Of a DNA stretch of 64,000 nt, positions 49,964-59,191 are shown in pieces. A program made the position numbers and the translations under genes. The stretch comes from Nitrospirota bacterium (lineage in GTDB: Bacteria > Nitrospirota > Thermodesulfovibrionia > Thermodesulfovibrionales > UBA9159). The stretch spans positions 32,001-96,000 of the forward strand of contig CAVOUE010000004.1 in the NCBI GenBank assembly GCA_963699545.1, written 5' to 3'. Within the stretch, counting starts at the first letter, position 1. Every line of letters begins with the position of its first letter. Below the pieces are notes generated by a model. The model was not told where the DNA came from, did not search any database, and saw only the letters and a program-made list of their open reading frames with translations.

Positions 49964-50731
49964 CTACGGAATCTTCAGGGTGTCAAGAATCCCGGAGAGG
50001 CTGTTCAGGGCCGGGGAATCCTGAGGGAGGGTGTATACCGGTCTGCCGTTAAGGTCATACTCGAATATAATGTCGTCCTGGGGAACGAGACCTCCCACGG
50101 TAAGGCCGTAGTCCTCGGCCAGTTTCTTCAGTTTTACGCCGTCCGACCCGGAAACCCTGTTGATGATGAGAATCCTTTTCTCTATCTCCAGTTGCAGCTC
50201 ATCCACAAGCTCGTTGATCCTCCTGGCGGTCTGCAGGCCCTTCACCGTGGGGTCGCTCACCATGAGCAGAATATCGACCTTGTGAGTGGTCCGTCTTGAC
50301 AGGTGTTCCATGCCTGCTTCATTGTCGATGATGATATAGGGATATGTTTCCGCAAGCTTGTCGGTATATTTCCTGATTATGTTGTTGGCAGCACAGTAGC
50401 ACCCCGGGCCTTCGGGCCTGCCCATCACCAGGAGGTCCACTCCTCTTGTCTCTATGACGGACTGCTGGACCTGATAATCAAAGAGCTGTTCCATGCTCAT
50501 GCCGCCCGGACGTTCTCCTCCGCTCCTCACTGCCTGGAGAGATTCCTCTCTCAGCCGGCCGATGGTAGTGTGGACCGCAATGCCCAGGGCTTCATTGAGG
50601 CACGAGTTGCTGTCAGCGTCCACCGCAAGCACGGGTCCCTTCCGCTTTTCGATGAGGTACCTCACGGTGAGGGCGGCGATGCTTGTCTTCCCGGTTCCGC
50701 CTTTTCCTGCAAGGGCAATTAAATAGGCCAT
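49964..50731 (-). CDS. cooC: CooC/AcsF-type Ni-insertion ATPase
   Basis: GKGGTGKT, GRPEGPGCYC, DNEAGMEHLSR. Confidence 0.85.
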   Translation of the reverse strand: MAYLIALAGKGGTGKTSIAALTVRYLIEKRKGPVLAVDADSNSCLNEALGIAVHTTIGRLREESLQAVRSGGERPGGMSMEQLFDYQVQQSVIETRGVDLLVMGRPEGPGCYCAANNIIRKYTDKLAETYPYIIIDNEAGMEHLSRRTTHKVDILLMVSDPTVKGLQTARRINELVDELQLEIEKRILIINRVSGSDGVKLKKLAEDYGLTVGGLVPQDDIIFEYDLNGRPVYTLPQDSPALNSLSGILDTLKIP

Positions 50732-50842
50732 TTTTAAATTATACAACAAAAGGGCATGACGTTTGTGAACAATACGAGGTGAGAAAGCGATGAAAATCTC
50801 TCTCTTGAGCCGATTAGGGAGACTTCATCCGGCGATTGTGTA

Positions 50843-51109
50843 TCACTCGAACAACCGCGTCAGCGCCACGGTCTTTTCCTCGATGCTCCTTGCGACGTCT
50901 TCCTGTTCGTTCTTCAGCTTGTGCAGCTCGTCTGCGATGTTAACGGCTGCCAGGATCGTGGCCTTCAGGGGAGTGATCGTCGGCGCGGCGTCGGAGACCT
51001 CTTTGATCTTGCCGGTCACGTAGTCTGCCAGTTGCCGGATGTATTCTTCCGACGCGTCACCTTTGATGGTATATTTCTGCCCAAGGATATACACTTCTAT
51101 CGAGCCCAT
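50843..51109 (-). CDS. zapA: Cell division protein ZapA
   Basis: V.ILGQ.Y, A.YV, ILAAVNIADE. Confidence 0.92.
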   Translation of the reverse strand: MGSIEVYILGQKYTIKGDASEEYIRQLADYVTGKIKEVSDAAPTITPLKATILAAVNIADELHKLKNEQEDVARSIEEKTVALTRLFE

Positions 51110-51112
51110 CTC

Positions 51113-51394
51113 TTATCCCACGTCCAGCGTTTCAAGTTCATTGAGGAGTTCTTCGAGCTGACCCTTCATTGCTGTCTTTTCAGACGAAAGTCTTTCCACT
51201 TCCTGATCTCTCTCGCCAAGGCGGGCCTCCAGCTCCTTGATCCTCCGCTCCAGCTGCACCTTTTCGTCCTTCAGTGCCTTTACCTTGTTTACTGCGCCCG
51301 CGATCTTTTCATCCAGGTTCTTCAGTCTGTTCAATGGCTTGTCCTCCTTCGTGATATTTGCAAAGGTTTCGTCATCAAAAAGCGTTTTCTTCAT
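51113..51394 (-). CDS. ZapB-like coiled-coil protein
   Basis: Coiled coil immediately upstream of zapA. Confidence 0.65.
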   Translation of the reverse strand: MKKTLFDDETFANITKEDKPLNRLKNLDEKIAGAVNKVKALKDEKVQLERRIKELEARLGERDQEVERLSSEKTAMKGQLEELLNELETLDVG

Positions 51395-51400
51395 AACGGT

Positions 51401-53599
51401 TCAGTTCCCTCTCTCCTGCCTGTCCCCGAGGCTCAGATAGGTGAAATACGTCAGCAATACGCGCTTCACATACGTCTTCGTCTCATCATAGGGTATATCC
51501 TCAATGAATTCATCGTGTGACCTGTACTTTCCTTCCTTTACCCATTCTCTCACCCTGTCGTGTCCGGCGTTGTAAGCGGCAAGGGCTAGGGGCAACGAGC
51601 CGAATTCCTTCAGGAGGGAGTTGAGGTAATACGCACCCACGGTGATATTTGTTCTGACATTGTAGATATCTGAAGCATCGTCGATATCCATTTTAAGATG
51701 TTTGTTGAGACTGTCAGCGGTGTGCGGCATTATCTGCATGAGGCCAAGGGCCCCGGCGATCGAACGGGCGTTGGGGTCGAAGCGGCTTTCTTCCCTCATC
51801 ACGGCAAGAAGGATAAAGGGATCAAGGGTATAGAGGTCGGATATTTCGCTCACTGTCTGCCAGTATGCGAGAGGGTAGAGGATGTCCGCGGTGTCTGTGC
51901 CGTTACTCCATTTCAATCCTCTTTCGTCAGAGAACCGTGATACCATGGTCATGGACCGTTTGTACGCTCCTGCTGCCTGCATCATACGGCACAGGAATAT
52001 GAGGACGTCAGGCTTTGTGACCCTGTTCGACATGCGAACCAGCTCGCCAACGGCATCATCTTTCATCCCCAGCTCCATCAGGATGGTGAAGCGCTCATAG
52101 AGGGGAAGGACGTCCGGGGAAAGCTGCTGCGGCTCTAAGCCCCGCCGGCCGTCATCAGGAGATAGACGGGCGGAACGTGTCCATGATGCCCTGCTCGCAG
52201 GGCGACCGCTGAAATTGTCCATATCCCTGACATATGCCAGCATCCGGTAAAAATCCTTACTGAGACCCTTGCCGTCCGGAAGCGTGGCGGCCTTGTCACC
52301 CTGGGGGCGCGGGCGTGTATCTTCCCCGCGATCTTCCGGACTGCCAGAAAGGCTTTCCTGATCACCGGACCGCTGCTTCCAGTAGGAATACCGGGAATTG
52401 GGATATTGGTCGACCAGCGTTGCCAGTATCCCGGCCGCTTTCCTGTAGTCACCGGTCCGATACGAGGACCAGGCAATGCCCCAGAGAACATCTTCAGTGA
52501 GCGAGGGGTATCTCTTTTTCACATCCTGGTAAATATCCAAGGCTTCTTCTGTCTTGCCGTCCCTCCGCTTCTTTGCCGCGTAGGCGATGAGAAGGGATCC
52601 GGCGCGCTTATCTTCCATCGACACAAGCCGTGAGACCGTTTCTCTGAATGCGCCGAGATCTCCTGCCCTGTAAAGAGAGCGAGATCCGTTGTAGAGGTCC
52701 CCGGCCTTTAAGAAAGCCTCAGCGGCCTCCTTGTATTTCTTCTGCCTGAAAAGGGCCTGAGCCAGATTCTTCAGTACCTCTTCCCTGAAAGGCTCCCCGG
52801 CTGCCGGGAGGATCTTTCTCAAAACCGCTTCCGCCCTCTTATGTTCGAAGGCCTTCATCAGATTTGATGCCTTAGCAAGCATGTCCCCCGGCGTTACGTC
52901 AGAGGGCTCCAACTCCTGATAGGCCAACTCTGAAAATGCTGAGTTGCCGGTATATATCTTAACGAACAATTTCCTTGCCCTGTCCGTCTGTCCCAGTTTC
53001 TTCAGCAACCGTGCATAGGAGAAGGTCATCTCGGCGTCATCGGCATAATCCCCGACATATGCCTCCAGGTACTTAAGCGTCTCCTCACTTTTCTGAGGCG
53101 GGAGAGGGGTCAGGGATCCGTTTCCAGGGGACTTCTGATTCTGCCGGGCTGCGTCCCTGGTGAGAAGGATAGTATCGATCTGTAATGCCCTCGCTCTTCT
53201 CTTAAGCGGTGAATCCGGATACGTTTTCAAAAGCTCTGCGATGCAACGGGAGGATTCGTCAAAGCGCTCCATTCTGTTGTATGCCTGTGCCATAAAGAAG
53301 AGGGTATAGTCACCGATGACCGGGAGTCGGGCATAGGCGGTCCGGAGGCTCTCAACCGCCTCATCATACGTTCCTTTTTCCAGTAATTCCTTTCCCTTCC
53401 TGAGGGCCGAGACGGAATCAGTCGAACTTGTGCTCCGAACGCCCGCCGGGGCGGGGGAGGGGGAAAAAAGGACGCAGATAAAAAGCGCGAAGAAAAAACA
53501 CAAAAAGGGAAGCAGGAAAGATGCCTTTTTGAACGGGTATTCTCTTGTGCGACGGTGGTATCTATATCTTTTCATGTGCATCCGCTGAAAAAAAATCAT
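51401..53599 (-). CDS. TPR-containing soluble lytic transglycosylase
   Basis: MREESRF, GALGLMQIM, AAYNAG, ET..YV. Confidence 0.92.
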   Translation of the reverse strand: MIFFQRMHMKRYRYHRRTREYPFKKASFLLPFLCFFFALFICVLFSPSPAPAGVRSTSSTDSVSALRKGKELLEKGTYDEAVESLRTAYARLPVIGDYTLFFMAQAYNRMERFDESSRCIAELLKTYPDSPLKRRARALQIDTILLTRDAARQNQKSPGNGSLTPLPPQKSEETLKYLEAYVGDYADDAEMTFSYARLLKKLGQTDRARKLFVKIYTGNSAFSELAYQELEPSDVTPGDMLAKASNLMKAFEHKRAEAVLRKILPAAGEPFREEVLKNLAQALFRQKKYKEAAEAFLKAGDLYNGSRSLYRAGDLGAFRETVSRLVSMEDKRAGSLLIAYAAKKRRDGKTEEALDIYQDVKKRYPSLTEDVLWGIAWSSYRTGDYRKAAGILATLVDQYPNSRYSYWKQRSGDQESLSGSPEDRGEDTRPRPQGDKAATLPDGKGLSKDFYRMLAYVRDMDNFSGRPASRASWTRSARLSPDDGRRGLEPQQLSPDVLPLYERFTILMELGMKDDAVGELVRMSNRVTKPDVLIFLCRMMQAAGAYKRSMTMVSRFSDERGLKWSNGTDTADILYPLAYWQTVSEISDLYTLDPFILLAVMREESRFDPNARSIAGALGLMQIMPHTADSLNKHLKMDIDDASDIYNVRTNITVGAYYLNSLLKEFGSLPLALAAYNAGHDRVREWVKEGKYRSHDEFIEDIPYDETKTYVKRVLLTYFTYLSLGDRQERGN

Positions 53600-53721
53600 T
53601 CAGAAGTCGTTTCCATTATATCAGTTACCCGTGCCGGATTCAACAGAAATAGGCACTTTGCTTATCAAGATCGTCAAGGAGGAGATTTGACGGTTCCCCT
53701 CCATACAATTTATAATCCACC

Positions 53722-54480
53722 ATGGACCGCGCCGTAAGGAGAAGGATCCGCAAGCATATTGACGCTTCTTTCGAGGACATGGAGGATCTTGTCGCCATCG
53801 AGAAAAAAGTGAGGATATCCGTGAATGGCAGAGAGATCGTCGGTCTTTTTTGCACGCCGCACATGGTAAAGGAACTCGTGGTTGGTCTTTTAATGACCGA
53901 GGGGATCATCAGGGGAAACTGGTGTGCCGACAGGATGAGCATTCTGTTCGGCGAGGAGGTCCTCGTGGACGTCCCTGCGGAAGGAGAGGTTATTACCGAA
54001 GGGAAGACCATTACCTCGGGGTGTGCGGGCGGCGTCACCTTCGAGAAGAAGATCGATGCGGGAACGATAACGGACCCTTTCACCATCGACAGGAACAGTT
54101 TGAGGTACATTTTTAGCGATTTCCAGGCGCGGTCGGAACTCTATAAGCTGACGGGTTGCGTCCACAGTGCGGCGCTTTCTGACGGGAAGGTTATCCTCTG
54201 TTTCGCCGAGGACATTGGAAGGCACAATGCAGTGGATAAGGTCATCGGTTACGCGCTCCTCGAAAATATTCCTTTTTCGGGAAAGATCCTGCTGGCCAGC
54301 GGGAGGATATCCTCAGAGATATCCTCCAAGTGTTCCCGGTGGGGCATCCCCATCCTCGCGACGCGCACGGCACCCACCAATCTCGCCGTGGAGATCGCGG
54401 AGAAGAGAGGCGTCACCGTCGTCGGGTTCGTGAGGGGCAACCGGTTCAATGTATATACACACCCGGAAAGGATAACGTAG
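53722..54480 (+). CDS. fdhD: Formate dehydrogenase accessory sulfurtransferase
   Basis: TSGC, TGCVH.AAL, EDIGRHNAVDK, SGRIS, GFVRG. Confidence 0.95.
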   Translation: MDRAVRRRIRKHIDASFEDMEDLVAIEKKVRISVNGREIVGLFCTPHMVKELVVGLLMTEGIIRGNWCADRMSILFGEEVLVDVPAEGEVITEGKTITSGCAGGVTFEKKIDAGTITDPFTIDRNSLRYIFSDFQARSELYKLTGCVHSAALSDGKVILCFAEDIGRHNAVDKVIGYALLENIPFSGKILLASGRISSEISSKCSRWGIPILATRTAPTNLAVEIAEKRGVTVVGFVRGNRFNVYTHPERIT

Positions 54481-54641
54481 AGAAGATCACCAGTCTGTCC
54501 TCCTATTTCGACAACTCGATCCCTTCTTATCTTAGCTTATTCCGTTCTTCAAAGAACCTCTGCAAATTTCGGGCAGATGAGTTATAATGATCATAGCGAC
54601 CATTATGATTGATATGGTAGAGACTTTAAGGAGGTTTCAGT

Positions 54642-54929
54642 ATGTTGAAAAAGATATCCGCGATAAAAGTCAGACAGAACCTCGGGCAGGTGATGAACGA
54701 GGTTGCTCTCAAGGAGGACGAGTATATTGTTGAAAGGGCCGGCAAACCCTTAGTGGCGATAATACCGATTGACCAGTATCAGCGCCTGAGGGGCGAGAGG
54801 GAAGATTTTTTTAGAATGGTGGGTGAAATACAGCAGGAGGCTGTTCGGTCAGACAGAAAGATTGTTGACTCGGAGATCGAAGAGGCGGTTAAGGCCTATC
54901 GGAAGTCCAAGAGCAAGACGAGGAAATGA
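54642..54929 (+). CDS. Phd/YefM family antitoxin
   Basis: RQNLGQVMNEV...YIVERAGKPLVAII. Confidence 0.88.
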   Translation: MLKKISAIKVRQNLGQVMNEVALKEDEYIVERAGKPLVAIIPIDQYQRLRGEREDFFRMVGEIQQEAVRSDRKIVDSEIEEAVKAYRKSKSKTRK

Positions 54930-55354
54930 CAAGAGTCGTCATCGACGCCAACCAGTTCGTAAGCGCCCTGCTCAAACCTGAATCCAACCCCGCCGATGTT
55001 CTTGCACTTGCGCGCCAGGGTAAGATTCAGCTGGTCATATCGCCTGAAATTGTTGATGAGATGAGGGCGGTGCTCCTCTACCCCAAAATCATGAAGCGCC
55101 ATCGCAGGACTTCAGCGCAGATCGAACTCTTTCTGAAGAGATTGCTGAAGACCGCGGCTGTCACTCATAGCGGGCCGAGGCTCGATGTTGTCAAGGACGA
55201 CCCTTCAGACAACAAATATCTGGAATGTGCTGTGGTGGGCAGGGCGGATTTCATTGTCTCAGGGGACAGTCACCTCACTGACCTGGGGACCTTCCGTGGC
55301 ATAAAGATAGTGACCCCGGCGCGTTTCCTGAGAACCATTAAAGAAATAAAGTAG
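54926..55354 (+). CDS. PIN-domain (PIN_3/VapC-like) toxin
   Basis: VVIDAN..VSAL, DPSDNKYLECA, IVSGD.HL. Confidence 0.92.
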   Translation: MTRVVIDANQFVSALLKPESNPADVLALARQGKIQLVISPEIVDEMRAVLLYPKIMKRHRRTSAQIELFLKRLLKTAAVTHSGPRLDVVKDDPSDNKYLECAVVGRADFIVSGDSHLTDLGTFRGIKIVTPARFLRTIKEIK

Positions 55355-55372
55355 CCTGTCCCCTTTTCAGTT

Positions 55373-55556
55373 CTTCCTGGCCACGTGCACGGCGCCCACC
55401 AATCTCGCCGTGGAGATCGCGGAGAAGAGAGGCGTCACCGTCGTCGGGTTCGTGAGGGGCAATCGGTTCAATGTGTATACACGTCCGGAGAGGATCGTTT
55501 AGGAGTCAAGGGCAGGACTTTTTAAGCCGCAGAGGAATCTACCTGATAACTCGCAC
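55373..55556 (+). repeat. fdhD 3'-end repeat copy 1 (about 130 bp of CDS plus about 50 bp tail)
   Basis: 55383-55502 aligns without gaps to 54361-54480, then GAGTCAAGGGCAGGAC...CCTGA tail. Confidence 0.95.
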
Positions 55557-55670
55557 GGCAGCTATCTCTCTAAATGTTTCTATGTCCGATAGTAATGCTG
55601 AGAGTCCGCAAAGGTATTCAGTCGAATCAAGGGCATTGCTTCTTTCCACCACACAAAGCATAATAAGAGC

Positions 55671-56033
55671 ATGAAAGTGGTGGAAAAAGATAAGGTCATA
55701 AGTGGGATGCTTCGCGATGAACTCAAGCGTTGTCAGGAGATGTTTGACAGACTTGAGAAGTCCGTATCTAAACTTCCGAAAGGTGTGATAAGCGAGAGGA
55801 AAAAGCGCTACAAGGATAAGGTGTATTCTTACTATTACCTGAAGTATCGTGAAGGGGAGAAAGTTATCGGCAAGCATATACCTAATAAGGAGATGCAGGA
55901 GATTTTAGAAAAGCTTGCCATGAGGAAAAAATATGAGAAGGAAATGCAGTCCTACGAAAAGAAAATTGCCTATCTGAATAAGATACTGCAAGCAGGCAGA
56001 AGAAGGGGACATGGAAGTATCGCTCACGAATAA
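55671..56033 (+). CDS. Hypothetical basic protein, partner of nucleotidyltransferase
   Basis: LPKG.I, YYYLKYREG.KV; overlaps the downstream gene. Confidence 0.75.
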   Translation: MKVVEKDKVISGMLRDELKRCQEMFDRLEKSVSKLPKGVISERKKRYKDKVYSYYYLKYREGEKVIGKHIPNKEMQEILEKLAMRKKYEKEMQSYEKKIAYLNKILQAGRRRGHGSIAHE

Positions 56034-56694
56034 GAACATTTTCCCGTCAGAAGTCCGAGAACTTTTGAGCGCATTTTCTTTGGTAGGATTCTTCAATGAA
56101 TCCCTTCTGATTGGAAGCTGGGTGATGCCCCTGTATCAGGAAGCTTTTGGCATCCCTTATGTCTTACGCACGCTGGACATAGATTTTGCGGTCAAATTTG
56201 CCCCCTTAGGCGGAGCAAAGAAAGTTGACCTCGAAAAGGTCATCACTGATCTCGGCTATATTCCTGTTGTCATGCAGTCAGGCATCCGTCGGTTTACTCA
56301 CGAAAATTTCACTGTTGAGTTCGTTGCACATCGTAAAGGTGGGCGGGATGAGCAGGTTGTACCAGTAAGAAAATGGAACATCACGGCATCACCCCTTCCT
56401 TTTGTTGATCTTCTCCTCAGCTTCCCGTTCACAGCAGATTTTGGAAACTTCAAGGTAAGGGCGCCACTACCTGAAGCCTTCTTCGTCCATAAATTGATTA
56501 CGGCCCAGAGAAGGCTGGGCGAGAGCAAGAAAGATAAGGACCTTGAGCAATGTGCCGCCATTGCCCGGCAGCTCGATACCGATCGGTTGGATTCGGTTAT
56601 AAGGTCACTGACGCTCAGTACGAAGACACGGAAAGCGCTGAGATCTTCATGCGAGGTAATCGATTTTCCTCCACAAAGGTTGGGGTTTAAGTAA
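56011..56694 (+). CDS. GSU2403-like nucleotidyltransferase-fold protein
   Basis: LIGSW, RT.DIDF, P.AF..HKL, K..KDL. Confidence 0.8.
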   Translation: MEVSLTNKNIFPSEVRELLSAFSLVGFFNESLLIGSWVMPLYQEAFGIPYVLRTLDIDFAVKFAPLGGAKKVDLEKVITDLGYIPVVMQSGIRRFTHENFTVEFVAHRKGGRDEQVVPVRKWNITASPLPFVDLLLSFPFTADFGNFKVRAPLPEAFFVHKLITAQRRLGESKKDKDLEQCAAIARQLDTDRLDSVIRSLTLSTKTRKALRSSCEVIDFPPQRLGFK

Positions 56695-56813
56695 ATATGT
56701 GGTGGAAATGATGACAGCAAAATTGTTCTCTGCGCGCGAAAAGAAGGATATAACAAAGAGCTGTCAATCCTTGGGATGTGTTTAATAACGGGATGTGTCC
56801 TAATATTTTCACG

Positions 56814-56903
56814 ACCGGTTCAATGTGTATACACACCCGGAGAGGATCGTTTAGGAGTCAAGGGCAGGACTCTTCAAGCCGCAGAGGACCCCACCTGATA
56901 ACT
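56814..56903 (+). repeat. fdhD 3'-end repeat copy 2
   Basis: ACCGGTTCAATGTGTATACACACCCGGAGAGGATCGTTTAG plus tail. Confidence 0.95.
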
Positions 56904-57065
56904 GAGACCCCGGTTATTTCAGCCAGACCGTTGATTTCTGAGAATAACTGTTATGGGAGAGGAGTCGCTTTGCTTCCCAATACCTTTCTGAAAATCGTAC
57001 GGGAGGCGACCATGCCAGCCTCGAACGATCTTGCCCTGCATCGTCCGTTGTTCTTTTTTGCTGCC

Positions 57066-57094
57066 TTGACTAATGGTAACACTTATGTTACTAT
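57066..57094 (+). promoter_or_regulatory. Sigma70 promoter with overlapping operator palindrome for the TA operon
   Basis: TTGACT-17 bp-TACTAT; GTAAC-ACTTAT-GTTAC palindrome. Confidence 0.7.
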
Positions 57095-57100
57095 TCTGAA

Positions 57101-57427
57101 ATGGAGAAAATAAAAGTAGTCGAGTATTTAGAAGATGGAGTGTCTGTTTTTGGAAAGTGGTTCTCCGGTCTTGATGCGCAGTCGGCCGCTAAGGCGGCCA
57201 CAGCTTTGTACCGACTTGAGCAAGGCAATCTCTCTAACGTGAAATCGGTAGGGCAGGGAGTTTCGGAATACAAGATTGATTTTGGGCCGGGATTCAGGAT
57301 TTATTTTGGTCGTGAGGGCAATACATTGGTTGTCCTGCTTGGAGGAGGCTCTAAGAAGACACAGAGCAGGGACATAAGAAACGCCCAAACAATGTGGGCG
57401 CGATACAAGAAGGAAAAGAGAAAGTAA
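57101..57427 (+). CDS. RelE/ParE (HigB-like addiction module killer) toxin
   Basis: K.VG.GVSE..IDFGPGFRIYF, LLGGG.K..Q..DI. Confidence 0.9.
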   Translation: MEKIKVVEYLEDGVSVFGKWFSGLDAQSAAKAATALYRLEQGNLSNVKSVGQGVSEYKIDFGPGFRIYFGREGNTLVVLLGGGSKKTQSRDIRNAQTMWARYKKEKRK

Positions 57428-57436
57428 GGAGGTACT

Positions 57437-57760
57437 ATGCCGATTACGAAACAGTTTCGCAAAACAGTTTTGAAGCGTGCCGAAAATGATGCGGAATTCC
57501 GCAGACATTTGCTGACAGAGGCGGTTAGTGAACTGATCACGGGAGATCTTAATGCTGGCAAATCAATTCTCCGTGATTATATTAATGCGACGATCACATT
57601 TGAGGGGTTAGCCAAGAAACTCAACAAATCGAGCAAGAGCGTTCATCGTATGCTTGGATCTGCGGGTAACCCGAGAGCTGAGAATATTCTGGATATCATC
57701 AAGATGCTTCAAGCGCATGAGCATGTCACACTTCAGGTAAGGGCAAAACGGGCCGCCTGA
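57437..57760 (+). CDS. HTH antitoxin of the addiction module
   Basis: LRDYINAT, RML...GNP. Confidence 0.85.
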   Translation: MPITKQFRKTVLKRAENDAEFRRHLLTEAVSELITGDLNAGKSILRDYINATITFEGLAKKLNKSSKSVHRMLGSAGNPRAENILDIIKMLQAHEHVTLQVRAKRAA

Positions 57761-57823
57761 GAGATGACTATTGAATTAATGGTAATGTTGATACTTGGTA
57801 AGAGTCCTTCCTCCTCGTCAAGT

Positions 57824-57926
57824 AGGGGCAACCGTTTCAATGTGTATACACACCCGGAGAGGATCGTTTAGGAGTCAAGGGCACGACTTTTCAAGCCGCA
57901 GAGGACTCTACCTGAAAGTCCGCACG
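57824..57926 (+). repeat. fdhD 3'-end repeat copy 3
   Basis: AGGGGCAACCGTTTCAATGTGTATACACACCCGGAGAGGATCGTTTAG plus tail. Confidence 0.95.
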
Positions 57927-58085
57927 TTTTATTGATCTCGGCGATGAGGAATGCCGGGTGAAACCTGGTGGTCCAAAGAAAGAATGAAGGTCTGCGCCCA
58001 AATGACATCAGATGACATCTTCCGTACTGAGAACTGCCTTAAACATGTCCTTGACAGCATGTGTATATTGTGATAATATACAGCA

Positions 58086-58388
58086 ATGATAGATCGGCAG
58101 CGCATCGAAGGCTTTGAATGGGATCAGGGCAATGCACGAAAGAATGAGAAGCACGGTGTTACGCAGGCAGAAGCGGAGCAGATATTTGTCAATCAACCGT
58201 TGCTGTTATTGCCCGACGAGGAACATAGCCATAGGGAGCTGCGATTTCATGCCTTGGGCAAGACAAATGAGGGACGCCTTATACACATCTCTTTCACTTT
58301 AAGGGACAATGGGACACGAATAAGAATAATTTCAGCGCGAGCTATGCATTGAAAAGAAAGGAGTATTTATGGGCAGGAGACATCTTAA
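58086..58388 (+). pseudogene. brnT: BrnT toxin with premature TGA at 58350-58352
   Basis: FEWD.GN..KN.KHGV, E.R...LG, RIISAR; read-through gives the family tail KERSIY. Confidence 0.8.
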
Positions 58389-58641
58389 ATCAATACCGAA
58401 ATTCAAGTCTGAAGCTGAAGAGCGGAAGTTTTGGGAAACTCATGACTCAACAGATTACCTGGACTGGTCGAAGGCAGAGCATGTGGGATTTCCGAATCTG
58501 AAGTTGTCCACTCAAGCAATATCTATCAGATTGCCAATTTCGCTGCTGGAACAGATAAAAATAGAGGCCAATAAACGCGATGTTCCCTATCAGTCTCTTA
58601 TCAAGGTCTGGTTGACGGAGAAGGCGCATCACAAAGCATAG
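58369..58641 (+). CDS. brnA: BrnA/CopG antitoxin
   Basis: IPKF.SE.EE..FW.THD, ISIRLP, PYQSLIK. Confidence 0.88.
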   Translation: MGRRHLKSIPKFKSEAEERKFWETHDSTDYLDWSKAEHVGFPNLKLSTQAISIRLPISLLEQIKIEANKRDVPYQSLIKVWLTEKAHHKA

Positions 58642-58891
58642 GATTCCTGTTTGCGGCTTGCTTGAGACAAAGAAGAGGACAGGCGGCTGTCCCTTTTGTC
58701 CCTTTTCTCTGCCGGGGATCGGAGAAGTCGTTTCACTTGAGAACAAATACTATAGACGCATTGAAATTATTGGGGAATACTGGTAGAACTATAGTTGTCG
58801 AAGACGGGAATTAGGTATCAGATCGTCAGGAAAGGTTGGAGCGGAAAGAGGCTCAGATGGAAAAACGGGATGTGTCCCCAATATTTTATCA

Positions 58892-59113
58892 GGATTCGGT
58901 TATAAAGTCACTGACGCTCAGTACGAAGACACGGAAAGCGCTGAGATCTTCATGCGAGGTAATCGATTTTCCTCCACAAAGATTAGGGTTGAAGTAACTA
59001 TGTGGTGGAAATGATGAAAGCAAAATTGTTCTCTGCGCGCGAAAAGAAGGATCTAACAAAGAGCTGTCAATCCTTGGGATGTGTTTAATAACGGGATGTG
59101 TCCCTAATATTTT
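58892..59113 (+). repeat. About 220-bp diverged duplicate of 56589-56809 (3' end of nucleotidyltransferase gene plus downstream DNA)
   Basis: Near-identical sequence with scattered substitutions. Confidence 0.95.
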
Positions 59114-59191
59114 ATGTGTACACACACCCGGAGAGGATCGTTTAGGAGTCAAGGGCAGGACTTTTCAAGCCGCAGAGGACTCCACCTGATA
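59114..59191 (+). repeat. fdhD 3'-end repeat copy 4
   Basis: ATGTGTACACACACCCGGAGAGGATCGTTTAG plus tail. Confidence 0.95.

Noticed and set aside
50750-50842. 6S RNA downstream of zapA
   Set aside because: The gap is only about 90-110 bp and shows no long closing stem.
58350-58352. In-frame TGA in brnT as selenocysteine
   Set aside because: The position corresponds to Arg, not Cys, and no SECIS-like hairpin follows.
55373-59191. fdhD-derived repeats as a CRISPR array or integron attC sites
   Set aside because: Repeats are 75-180 bp, separated by about 1 kb of genes, derived from coding sequence, lack RYYYAAC..GTTRRRY ends, and no cas or intI gene is present.
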